Made by a program: the position numbers and the translations under genes. The notes below the pieces were generated by a model that did no database searches, was not told the DNA's origin, and worked only from the letters and a program-made list of their open reading frames with translations. This document shows, piece after piece, positions 40,118-49,368 of a DNA stretch of 64,000 nt. Source of the stretch: Synechococcus sp. (lineage in GTDB: Bacteria > Cyanobacteriota > Cyanobacteriia > Thermostichales > PCC-7336). Positions within the stretch are counted from its first letter, which is position 1, and the number at the start of each line of letters is the position of its first letter. Location: contig JBFRWN010000027.1 in NCBI GenBank assembly GCA_051439605.1, positions 29,260 through 93,259 on the forward strand, written 5' to 3'.

Positions 40118-40312
40118 GGTCTGTCTCTGAACGTTCCGGTTGTCTGGACGAGGGTGTGTAGAAGTAGCTGACGCGCTCAAGAGGAGGGTGTACTCGAGAG
40201 CTAGATTGCTAGCAAGAGACAATCAGCTTGACTCTATCAAAGAAATATAGAGAGGCTGACGTCCTTAGCCCATGCAACTCTGCCCATCAGGCAAAATGAC
40301 TTCCATCGATCG

Positions 40313-40990
40313 ATGGAAACACTGCACCCGACTAGAATAACCGAGATGTCCAAACTTGCGAACAACCCTTTAGAAAAAACAAATATCCTCCCCCAGCATT
40401 GGTATGCGCGGCCATCCCCTGAAGTGGCCCCCGACTTATTGGGAAAGGTGTTGGTGCGACAATTTGCCAATGGCGATCGCCTGCGGGGCCAAATTGTCGA
40501 AACAGAGGCCTACGCCCCTGGGGACCCCGCCTGCCACGCCTACAAACGAAAAACCCAACGCAATCAATCCATGTTTGGGACAGCGGGCCATCTTTACATC
40601 TATCTCATCTACGGTATCCATCACTGCCTCAATATCGTGACCGATGACGAGGGAGTGGGAAGTGCTGTGTTGGTGCGAGCAGTACAGCTCGATCGCCTCC
40701 CCTCTTGGATAGACACCAAAAAACGCCACCAGCCCCACCGAGTTGCCGCCGGTCCGGGGTTGTTGTGTCAAGCCCTGCAGGTGAATCGACAACTGGATGG
40801 ATCCCCACTTGCGGTACATGAAGGGGAAGCGCTGTGGGTGGAATCCGAACCGCTTGAACCCGCCACTGAAGAGGAAGGGATTTTCGGGCATCAGAAAATT
40901 GTTCAAACCACTCGCATTGGCTTGAAGAAAGGGGTGGAAATCCCTTGGCGATGGTACATTCAGCAGCATCCAGCGGTCTCAAAATACTAG
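40313..40990 (+). CDS. DNA-3-methyladenine glycosylase (MPG/AAG family)
   Basis: IVETEAY, YIYLIYG.HHCLN, AVLVRA, GPG, RIG, WRW. Confidence 0.93.
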   Translation: METLHPTRITEMSKLANNPLEKTNILPQHWYARPSPEVAPDLLGKVLVRQFANGDRLRGQIVETEAYAPGDPACHAYKRKTQRNQSMFGTAGHLYIYLIYGIHHCLNIVTDDEGVGSAVLVRAVQLDRLPSWIDTKKRHQPHRVAAGPGLLCQALQVNRQLDGSPLAVHEGEALWVESEPLEPATEEEGIFGHQKIVQTTRIGLKKGVEIPWRWYIQQHPAVSKY

Positions 40991-41107
40991 ATTGCGATCC
41001 GCAAAAAATGAATTTCGAAAATTTGGTTGTCAAAGGCAAACACGAGATGTCACTATAGATGAGCGCAAAACGCAGCCATTACTGCTGTAGCGCTGAAAGG
41101 TGAATAG

Positions 41108-41189
41108 GGGTCGATGCCCGAGTGGTTAAAGGGGGCGGACTGTAAATCCGCTGGCTATGCCTACGTTGGTTCAAATCCAACTCGGCCCA
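41108..41189 (+). tRNA. trnY: tRNA-Tyr (GTA)
   Basis: Cloverleaf with GCGGA-CTGTAAA-TCCGC anticodon arm, long variable arm and TTCAAAT loop. Confidence 0.97.
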
Positions 41190-41200
41190 CCTTTTGAATT

Positions 41201-41272
41201 GCCCATGTGGCTCAGGGGTAGAGCACCCCCTTGGTAAGGGGGAGGTCACCAGTTCAAATCTGGTCATGGGCT
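41201..41272 (+). tRNA. trnT: tRNA-Thr (GGT)
   Basis: GCCCATG/CATGGGC acceptor stem and TTGGTAA anticodon loop. Usual Tyr-Thr pair. Confidence 0.97.
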
Positions 41273-41520
41273 CTTTTCGAGCAGCGGCAAGGCATTTTCA
41301 TGGGTCTATCTTTAATAAGGTAGGCTGCTTGCGAATGTCCTGTTGAGCTGTCTCTCCTCAGTTGTATACTTGCCCTCTGGAGAGAACCATAAATCCGTGA
41401 TAGCCTGACCCTGAGAAATTAGATTTCGGTTACAGAGTTTGTGTCCAGTTCGTTTTCACTGTCTGCAGACCGTCCGCTATCTCAATTCCGCTATTCCTAT
41501 TTGAGTCTGGAAAACTGCAG

Positions 41521-41766
41521 ATGACTATTTATGTTGGTAACTTGTCTTTTAGGGCTACCCAAGAAGACATTACAGAAGTGTTTGCCGAGTACGGCACCGT
41601 TAAGCAAGTGAAGGTTCCTACCGATCGCGAAACGGGTCGCGTACGTGGATTTGCTTTTGTAGAAATGTCCTCTGACGGCGAAGAGGAAAAGGCCATTGAG
41701 GACCTAGATGGTGCCGAATGGATGGGCCGAGTACTTCGCGTTAATAAAGCAAGACCTCGAACTTAA
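41521..41766 (+). CDS. RRM RNA-binding protein (Rbp family, no Gly-rich tail)
   Basis: IYVGNL (RNP2) and RGFAFVEM (RNP1). Confidence 0.95.
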   Translation: MTIYVGNLSFRATQEDITEVFAEYGTVKQVKVPTDRETGRVRGFAFVEMSSDGEEEKAIEDLDGAEWMGRVLRVNKARPRT

Positions 41767-41793
41767 TTTGTTGCGAACCTCCAAGTCTGAGTA

Positions 41794-41836
41794 GCTCCCT
41801 CGATGCCATCTGTAAAGACGGATCGAGGGGCATTTT
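41794..41836 (+). terminator. Hairpin/terminator downstream of the RRM gene
   Basis: CCCTCGAT...ATCGAGGG followed by TTTT. Confidence 0.55.
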
Positions 41837-42066
41837 CATTACAGCCCGATGCGGCTGCTATATTTCTGTGCTAACTGAAGTCCGGGTACTGCGCGCTTGC
41901 GGTGGTCATTCGACTCGATAGCTGGCTGCTCAAACCACCGTTAGTTTCGAACATTTCAACTAGTCTCATCGGACGCTGCCCAGACAAATTATGGGTACGA
42001 GAAATGTTCCATGTGGCTTTTAGGCCGCAAAAGCCCCCGTACCTACCCGAACACACAGGAGATATC

Positions 42067-42243
42067 ATGGCCCAAATTGTTGTGGGCGACAGCGAACAGA
42101 TCGAGTCGGCACTCCGGCGATTCAAGCGAAAGGTTGCTAAAGCGGGAATTTTCTCTGATATCAGACGGGTAAGACATTTCGAGACCCCTTCAGAGAAGCG
42201 CAAGCGTAAAGAACGATCGCGCCGCAAAAATCGCCGCAGATAG
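42067..42243 (+). CDS. rpsU: 30S ribosomal protein S21
   Basis: [35 protein letters not shown]. Confidence 0.96.
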   Translation: MAQIVVGDSEQIESALRRFKRKVAKAGIFSDIRRVRHFETPSEKRKRKERSRRKNRRR

Positions 42244-42451
42244 TGAAGCAACCTAGTTTGCACCCTACTTCTGTGTCGTAAAACTTACTCGCAGCCATGT
42301 CCTTATTCAACTTAGGCTGTAAAAGCAATTCTTGCTCTTGGCCTACCCATTGAGTTCGAATCCCAATGAGTGCGTATCGCCAATTCGATCGCCCATTACG
42401 GTTGACAAGCGATAAACCCATTCATCGTTCTTATTTTGAAGGAGACCCTCG

Positions 42452-42889
42452 ATGGCTCAGGCAAAATCAGGTGACGTTGTACTCGTGCACTATACCGGTA
42501 CGTTAGATGACGGCTCAATATTCGATTCGTCCCGCGATCGCGACCCGCTTCAGGTCGAATTGGGCTCCGGTCAGGTCATTGCCGGCTTTGACGAGGCTCT
42601 CACAGGGATGAGCCCCGGAGACACGAAAACTCAGGTCATTCCCTGCGAATCTGCTTACGGTCCACATATGGCTGACATGGCGATCGAGGTCGATCGCAAG
42701 CAAGTCCCCGATGACGTAGAGCTGGTGGAGGGGTTGCAACTGCAAATCAGCGGCCCCAACGGCCAGCCCATTGTGGTGATGGTGACAGAATTTGACGACC
42801 TCAAAGTCACCCTCGATGCCAATCATCCGTTAGCGGGTAAAACTCTGACTTTCGACCTGGAGCTGATAGAGATTGTCGAAGGACAATAA
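42452..42889 (+). CDS. FKBP-type peptidyl-prolyl isomerase (SlyD-like)
   Basis: VHYTG.L.DG..FDSS and DANHPLAGK.LTF. Confidence 0.95.
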   Translation: MAQAKSGDVVLVHYTGTLDDGSIFDSSRDRDPLQVELGSGQVIAGFDEALTGMSPGDTKTQVIPCESAYGPHMADMAIEVDRKQVPDDVELVEGLQLQISGPNGQPIVVMVTEFDDLKVTLDANHPLAGKTLTFDLELIEIVEGQ

Positions 42890-42893
42890 TCCG

Positions 42894-43520
42894 TTAGGGT
42901 TGCTGGATCGCGTCTCTCCTAGGAGCAGCTGACCCAGATCGCTCAACAGGCTCACATGGTGACAGTGACTCCCGAGACTGAATCGCCTCCCAAGTTTTAC
43001 GAATGGTGGCAGCCTGCATTTCTTCAGGGGTGGCGTTGGGGAAGTCAGCATTCGTTGCAAGGGGGATCAAAGCAAGCTGTTCGCCCCGATCGCTTTGGGG
43101 GTGATACTCTGCAATTCCTTGAAACGTCGGCCACAGAAAGGCAGGTAGGGCTGTCGTTCGTCCAGGTATCGCCCGGTCAAAATAAATCAGCCGATCTGAC
43201 TTCCACAGATTGCAGACTTGGCACAACGGCTGAATGTTCGCGGAGGTGTTAGAACCGCCGCGACTAATGGGGATGATGTGGTCGCGGGCAATCCCCCCTG
43301 GCACATGCTCCCAAGCTCCCCCACAGCAGGGACAGTAGGGATAGAGCTTTAACAGCTGCCAAAACTCCCCTTCAGAGATCTTGCCTACCGTGTCGTAGCT
43401 AGCCCGTCGCTCTCGGGCGCGAGAACTCCGTTGCTTTCGGGTATAGACAGATGCGCAGGTGGGGCAGTCTTGGGGTTGAAATAAAAACGTGTCGTGGCAA
43501 CTGGGGCAGGTATAGCCCAC
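42894..43520 (-). CDS. HNH endonuclease with extra Cys pairs
   Basis: CPSC, CPTC, CPCC, DHIIPISRGG, NIQPLCQVCN. Confidence 0.85.
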   Translation of the reverse strand: MGYTCPSCHDTFLFQPQDCPTCASVYTRKQRSSRARERRASYDTVGKISEGEFWQLLKLYPYCPCCGGAWEHVPGGIARDHIIPISRGGSNTSANIQPLCQVCNLWKSDRLIYFDRAIPGRTTALPAFLWPTFQGIAEYHPQSDRGEQLALIPLATNADFPNATPEEMQAATIRKTWEAIQSRESLSPCEPVERSGSAAPRRDAIQQP

Positions 43521-43525
43521 GAGAA

Positions 43526-43849
43526 TTACTCCGGTAGTGCGGCCATAGCATCGGGGATCGCGTCACTGGGGGCAGTGAACTCACCCATTTCGACGAATTC
43601 TAGCCGCAATTTCAACCAACGAGCCAGCTTGGGGTCGGTGGTCACAACAGCCGCAGCGGGGCAACCAACGCGATCGCGCAGTTCGGCAAATTGGGGCGCA
43701 GCGATGAAAGCAGGCTGCACGATGTAATCAAAATCAATTGGCTTTTGACGCTCGGCATAGTTCCGTCTGCGCTCGGCCAGCACCTCATCAAACGGTTCGG
43801 AATCGAAGAATGCTTTGCTAGCGGCAATGTAATAGTAGGTCTGGCTCAT
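43526..43849 (-). CDS. ycf54: MgPME-cyclase auxiliary protein Ycf54
   Basis: EPFDEVL.ER.R.Y, DF....QPAF, WLKLRLEFV. Confidence 0.93.
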   Translation of the reverse strand: MSQTYYYIAASKAFFDSEPFDEVLAERRRNYAERQKPIDFDYIVQPAFIAAPQFAELRDRVGCPAAAVVTTDPKLARWLKLRLEFVEMGEFTAPSDAIPDAMAALPE

Positions 43850-44099
43850 TGCTGAAGTCGGATTTGTTTTACGCAGTTTTTTAATACCTGCAGTATCTTA
43901 CCGGCGCGCGCGCTCGTCTGAGCCTCACTCTGAAAAACATTAACGAGATTAAAAACAAGAGCGAGGTTGAAAAATAACTGACGCAGACATTTGCCTTCGC
44001 CGACTAGCATCCAAGCAACTTTGAGTCCGCAAATTATCTAAGAAGCACCCGCCGGTGTGGGTAACACAAGCTCGCACTCTACCACAGCAGAGAAGGCGC

Positions 44100-44621
44100 C
44101 TAAACAGGCACTTCTTGATTAAACCGCTGCATCTCGGTGCTGTCTTCGCCATAAACATCCGAAATATGCTCCCGACAGCAAGCTGCTGCAAACTCCGGTA
44201 AGTCCCCCGCTTCAATCCCAAACATTTGCTGAAAAGTGGCCACTGTCACCCGACAAAATGAAGGGCGATCGTCGTAGATGTGACAGGTGCGTTGCTGGCG
44301 ATCGTAGTTTACGCACCAGCCATCTTCCCCGACCAAACTCAAATACAGTTTTAGTTCCTCAGGGGCGAGGTAATCTGCTAACTCATCTCGCTCATCGGGC
44401 TTGAGATAGCAACAAGCACCACACCCATTGACGCAGTGCCAAAACTTGGCCTCAACAGCACCGCGAATAGGGTCTGTAGGACGATCTCCTGCGCCAGACT
44501 TCTGCTCGACTAGCGCGATTTCCTGAGGTGACTTCAAATGGTCCCGAGCTCCGGTATCCAATGGGTTGCATTCAGGCCGATGGGAAGATTGACGCTGTTT
44601 CACTCGTCCTCCAAGACACAT
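44100..44621 (-). CDS. YkgJ-family Cys-cluster protein; start probably internal
   Basis: W.C..GCGACC, GWC, C.IY..RP.FCRV. Confidence 0.85.
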   Translation of the reverse strand: MCLGGRVKQRQSSHRPECNPLDTGARDHLKSPQEIALVEQKSGAGDRPTDPIRGAVEAKFWHCVNGCGACCYLKPDERDELADYLAPEELKLYLSLVGEDGWCVNYDRQQRTCHIYDDRPSFCRVTVATFQQMFGIEAGDLPEFAAACCREHISDVYGEDSTEMQRFNQEVPV

Positions 44622-44801
44622 TGAGCCCTAAGCGCGATTCAGACGGAGATTAATCGAGCAACCTTAGGTGTGGGGAAACTCATTTTATCTAATCACAAAC
44701 AGACTTTTAGGGTGTCCCCTCCCCAACTGAATCTTGCTATATTACGCCTTAGATCCTTCAGTGCTAAAGGATTTAGCTCGGATCTCGTGTGGAGAGGTGA
44801 A

Positions 44802-46208
44802 ATGATCGATAAGCCTGCGGCTGGCGAGCCGGAATACCACTTCATCGGAATTGGTGGCATTGGGATGTCAGCATTGGCGTACATCTTGGCAGGTCAAGGG
44901 GTACGAGTTTCAGGGTCAGATTTATCTGAAAATGCTTGTACGCAGAGATTAACAGATGCTGGCGTACAGTTTTTTCGCGGTCATACCGCCGCGAATATGC
45001 ACGGCAATCCCCAGGTAGTTTGCTCTACAGCAATCAAAGTTGGGAATCCAGAACTAGAAGCAGCCAAAGCCCGAGGGCTAAAGATCTGTCACCGCTCTGA
45101 GATTCTCGCCCACTTAATGAACCACCGACCGAGTATTGGTGTGGCGGGCACCCACGGTAAAACCACTACCAGCAGCATCTTGGCCCACCTGCTGTTGCGG
45201 GGGGGGCTTGACCCCACAGCCGTGATTGGTGGTGAAGTGGCCTCGTTAGGGGGCAATGCCCGCATTGGTGCGGGTGAATACTTGGTGGCTGAGGCAGATG
45301 AGTCAGATGGTTCTCTGGTGAACCTCAAGCCCACGATCGGCATTATCACCAACATTGAGTTGGACCACACCGATCGCTTCCAAACCCTAGACGGAGTTGC
45401 AGAGGTCTTCCAGATATTTGCGTCTCACTGCAACACTGTGGTGGGCTGTCTAGATTGCCCAACGGTGTCCGAGCGCATTGATGTAGACATTAGCTATAGC
45501 GTTGCCGATCGTCCCGATGCCGACTATTACGCCCGTAATATCCGGGTCGGCCCCGAGGGGACGCGGGCACAGATATGGGAGCACGGCCAATTGCTGGGAG
45601 AGCTGAAGCTTCGCCTGCTAGGCCAACATAATGTCAGCAATGCGTTGGCGGCGATCGTGGTGGCGCGCAAGCTGGGCCTCGATTTTGCCACCATTGTGGA
45701 GTCTCTCGCAGACTTCGGCGGTGCCCGCCGTCGATTCGAGTTGCGGGGTACGGTGGAGGGGGTGCGGTTTATCGATGACTACGCCCATCACCCCAGCGAA
45801 ATTCAAGTGACACTGACGGCGGCAAAATCTCAAAATCGACGGGTGGTGGCCATTTTTCAGCCCCACCGCTACAGCCGCATTGCTTCCCTGTTCGAAGATT
45901 TCTCGCGGGCTTTTGGCTGTGCTGATGAAGTGATTGTGGTACCCACCTATGCTGCCGGAGAGAAACCACTACCCGCCAATCAGGGGAAGTCAGCAGAGAT
46001 ACTAACCGAGCGAATTCGCCAGCAATCGGGCAACCCCAACGTGACCTATCAACCTCGGCTGGAAGATTTGCGCGATTGGCTGCCATCCAGACTACGTCCA
46101 GGGGATCTCGTTTTGTTTCTAGGGGCGGGTAATCTCAATCGTCAGATTCCCTCCATTGTGGATGCCTATCGCGATCGCCTCCAGCAGTCAGCCGCAGTTG
46201 TGCAGTGA
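44802..46208 (+). CDS. murC: UDP-N-acetylmuramate--L-alanine ligase
   Basis: HFIGIGGIGMS, GTHGKTTT, EADESD, DDYAHHP. Confidence 0.97.
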   Translation: MIDKPAAGEPEYHFIGIGGIGMSALAYILAGQGVRVSGSDLSENACTQRLTDAGVQFFRGHTAANMHGNPQVVCSTAIKVGNPELEAAKARGLKICHRSEILAHLMNHRPSIGVAGTHGKTTTSSILAHLLLRGGLDPTAVIGGEVASLGGNARIGAGEYLVAEADESDGSLVNLKPTIGIITNIELDHTDRFQTLDGVAEVFQIFASHCNTVVGCLDCPTVSERIDVDISYSVADRPDADYYARNIRVGPEGTRAQIWEHGQLLGELKLRLLGQHNVSNALAAIVVARKLGLDFATIVESLADFGGARRRFELRGTVEGVRFIDDYAHHPSEIQVTLTAAKSQNRRVVAIFQPHRYSRIASLFEDFSRAFGCADEVIVVPTYAAGEKPLPANQGKSAEILTERIRQQSGNPNVTYQPRLEDLRDWLPSRLRPGDLVLFLGAGNLNRQIPSIVDAYRDRLQQSAAVVQ

Positions 46209-47125
46209 GTTCCCAATCCTTTTCCCCTCCTACCGCCATAACTGCCAACGTCAGTTTGGCCCCCTACACGACGTTTCGAGTGGGTGGGAATGCTGAATGG
46301 TTTGGTCTGCCCCGTTCGACTGAAGAGCTAGAGCAAAGTTTGATGTGGGCACAAAATAACGGCCAAGAGACCCGTTTTATCGGGTTAGGTTCTAATCTGC
46401 TGGTGAGCGATCGCGGTTTGCCGGGGCTAACCCTTTGCACCCGTAAATTGCGGCAGACGAGGTTTTTAGAGAACGGTCGGTTTTGGGCAGCGGCAGGAGC
46501 ATCGGTGGTCAAGCTGTCCCATGCGGTGGCCGATCGCGGATTGAGCGGCTGGGAATGGGCGGTGGGGGTGCCTGGAACCGTGGGGGGCGCGGTGACGATG
46601 AATGCCGGTGCCCACGGTAGCTCGACGGCGGATTCTTTGGTGAGCGTCGAGATTTTGGACGAGCACTTACAAGCACGAATTCTAGCCCCCAAAGACTTGC
46701 AGTACGACTATCGCTATTCGATTTTGCAAGAGCGCAACTGGGTTGTGACAGGGGCTACGTTTCAGCTGACACCTGGAGATCGCCAAGCAATTCAGGCGGA
46801 AACCCAAGCGTTTTGGCACAAGCGCCATTCCACTCAACCCTACGACATGCCTAGCTGCGGCAGCGTATTTCGTAATCCCTACCCCAAAGCGGCGGGGTGG
46901 CTAATAGAGCAGACAGGCCTAAAGGGCTATCAAATTGGCGGGGCACAGGTGGCCGAAAAGCATGCGAATTTCATTCTGAATTGCGATCGGGCCAAGGCCA
47001 GCGACATTCATCGCTTAATTGGCCACGTTCGTCAAAGCGTCTTCGATCGCTGGGATATTTGGCTCCACCCTGAAGTGCGCGTACTGGGAGAATTTGAAGC
47101 CCCGAGGTTATTGGTAGAGCATTGA
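46205..47125 (+). CDS. murB: UDP-N-acetylenolpyruvoylglucosamine reductase
   Basis: G.GSNLL, PGTVGGAV.MNAG, GSVFRNP, HANF. Confidence 0.97.
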   Translation: MSSQSFSPPTAITANVSLAPYTTFRVGGNAEWFGLPRSTEELEQSLMWAQNNGQETRFIGLGSNLLVSDRGLPGLTLCTRKLRQTRFLENGRFWAAAGASVVKLSHAVADRGLSGWEWAVGVPGTVGGAVTMNAGAHGSSTADSLVSVEILDEHLQARILAPKDLQYDYRYSILQERNWVVTGATFQLTPGDRQAIQAETQAFWHKRHSTQPYDMPSCGSVFRNPYPKAAGWLIEQTGLKGYQIGGAQVAEKHANFILNCDRAKASDIHRLIGHVRQSVFDRWDIWLHPEVRVLGEFEAPRLLVEH

Positions 47126-47392
47126 CTGAATCACTAACGGTCTACCACTCGAAAGTCAAAACCGGCTGTACAGCGGCTATCTCTCGATAACTGGCGGATC
47201 GGGAATCGAGTCTCATCCCAATTGGCAGCTAAACTACTAGTAGAATAGCTTTTCTTAAGCTATTAAATCAGTACAGTGGCCAGCAGGCCTCCGAAGGACA
47301 TTTCATCAGGCCACAACCCTTACTGAGCCTAGCTTGGTCTATTCCAACTAAAATGTCCGCAACTCTTTTTCGTTCATCCTCCCCTCTAATCC

Positions 47393-48256
47393 ATGACCTT
47401 CTCCAATATTGGCAAGCAAATCGCCGCCCGCTCTCGCAACATCTCGCGCGGCATTTCCAATACGGTTCAGACGAGCTTGGAGACGACAACACCGAGTAGC
47501 AAGCGAATGGTGATTTTATCCAAGCGAGAAATTGAAAAGATGCGGCGGGCGGGCCAGCTGGCAGCACAACTGCTCGAGTACTTGGAGCCGATGGTGCAAC
47601 CGGGGGTGAGTACGCTGGAAATTAATGACGAGGCAGAGCACTGGACACAGAAACGCGGTGCCACCAGTGCCCCTCTGGGCTATCACGGCTTTCCCAAGTC
47701 CATTTGCACGAGCGTGAATCAAGTGGTGTGCCACGGCATCCCCAACGCAAAGCAAATCTTGCAGGATGGTGACATTATCAACATTGACGTCACGCCCCTT
47801 CTAGATGGCTACCACGGCGATACTTCCAAAACGTTTTTTGTGGGACGTCCCTCCGAGAAGACCAGAAAGCTTGTGGAAGTCACAGAAAAATGTCTGTATC
47901 TAGGTATCGCGGAAGTGGCACCCGGCAAGCGGATAGGGGATATTGGTGCCGCCATTCAGGAATATGCCGAGTCCTTTGGATTCTCGGTGGTGCGAGATTT
48001 TGTGGGGCACGGAGTGAACAAGGTTTTCCACACCGAGCCTCAAGTGCCCCATTACGGCAAGCGAGGTACGGGCCCGAAGATGCGAGCGGGCATGGCCTTT
48101 ACCATCGAGCCCATGATTAACGAAGGGAAGGCCGCCACTCGAGTGCTTCAGGACAAGTGGACAGCGGTCACGGTCGATCGCAAGCTATCCGCTCAGTTCG
48201 AGCACACCCTACTGGTGACAGAGGATGGCTGCGAAATTTTGACGCAGTTGCCTTAG
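47393..48256 (+). CDS. map: Type I methionine aminopeptidase
   Basis: VCHGIP, NIDVT, GDTS, GHG, TIEPM, QFEHT. Confidence 0.97.
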   Translation: MTFSNIGKQIAARSRNISRGISNTVQTSLETTTPSSKRMVILSKREIEKMRRAGQLAAQLLEYLEPMVQPGVSTLEINDEAEHWTQKRGATSAPLGYHGFPKSICTSVNQVVCHGIPNAKQILQDGDIINIDVTPLLDGYHGDTSKTFFVGRPSEKTRKLVEVTEKCLYLGIAEVAPGKRIGDIGAAIQEYAESFGFSVVRDFVGHGVNKVFHTEPQVPHYGKRGTGPKMRAGMAFTIEPMINEGKAATRVLQDKWTAVTVDRKLSAQFEHTLLVTEDGCEILTQLP

Positions 48257-48555
48257 GATGCAGGCTCAGTCTAGGAATCAGGTAGCCGAGTTAATCTAGG
48301 CCATCTGAGGTCCTTAGTGAAAGAGGTTGATGCCAGAAATAGACCAAAAGACTGCAACGAGCAGGCACCAACCCACCACTTCCCAGAACACTTTTGAATT
48401 GAGCAGTTTCAAAGCTTGTGACCCCTAGCTTTTCACAGCAATTGTACGCAAGATTGCCAGTTGTCTCGGATCGCTAACCAGGCGTACCCCGAACTGAAGC
48501 AGTTGTTTACATATCCTGCGATTGGCTGTGTTGTTGATGGCGACGATCGCCTCTT

Positions 48556-49368
48556 TTGCCTGTGGAATCCACTTCTATCCTGACCAGCATTCGCAACCCT
48601 TGGGTGAAGCAACTGCGGCAGCTACAGCGAAAAAAAGGCCGCCGCGAGCAGGGATGCTTTGTTGTCGAGGGCACCCATGCCCTGCAAGAGGCGATCGCCA
48701 CCCGTTGGCCCATTAGCGCCATCTGCTTTACCTCCGACTGGCTAGAGAGAGCTGGAGGGTTGCTGGCAGGTGTTAACGGTGATGTCCGCCAACAGCTGGT
48801 GGGAGAGGAGGTGTTGGCAGCAATCGCCAGCACCCAATCTCCTGACGGGGTGGTCACCATTTGCCGCCATCATCAGCATCGGCGATCGCAGAAGTACCCC
48901 AATCTGGGTCTCGCCGTCGCTACCCTGCAGGACCCCGGAAACTTAGGCACCCTCATTCGTTCCGCCGCCGCCGTCGGTTGTGACGGCATTTGGTTAAGCA
49001 CCGACAGCGTCGATCCCGAAAATCCTAAAGTGCTGCGATCTTCGGCGGGGCAATGGTTCCGTCAGCCCCCCATCCTCATTGACCTACCAGCGTGGCTCGC
49101 CGAATGTCAGCAACACGGTGTCCGCGTTCTAGCTGCCACAGCTGGAACCTCCGACGCTCCCGCCCCCTCGCTGTGGGAAGTGGATTTAACGCTGCCCACC
49201 CTCCTGCTGTTGGGGAATGAAGGGGCAGGTCTGTCAACAGAGTTGCGATCGCTGGCGGACGGGGCGATCTCTATCCCTATGGCAGCTGGGGTGGATTCCC
49301 TCAATGTTGGGGTGGCGGGTTCGCTCTTGCTTTACGAAGCCCAACGACAGAGACAGGCAAGGGGCTAG
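48556..49368 (+). CDS. TrmH/SpoU RNA methyltransferase
   Basis: QDPGNLGTLIRSA, GNEGAGL, SLNV. Confidence 0.93.
   Translation: MPVESTSILTSIRNPWVKQLRQLQRKKGRREQGCFVVEGTHALQEAIATRWPISAICFTSDWLERAGGLLAGVNGDVRQQLVGEEVLAAIASTQSPDGVVTICRHHQHRRSQKYPNLGLAVATLQDPGNLGTLIRSAAAVGCDGIWLSTDSVDPENPKVLRSSAGQWFRQPPILIDLPAWLAECQQHGVRVLAATAGTSDAPAPSLWEVDLTLPTLLLLGNEGAGLSTELRSLADGAISIPMAAGVDSLNVGVAGSLLLYEAQRQRQARG

Noticed and set aside
39995..40222. 75-aa ORF as a novel protein
   Set aside because: The last 40 aa are NdhP. The upstream part is just open frame.
41108..41272. tRNA pair as an integration site
   Set aside because: Flanked by housekeeping genes, with no integrase and no duplicated tRNA 3' end noticed.
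41521..42243. rbp-rpsU linkage as novel
   Set aside because: This adjacency is already known in cyanobacteria.
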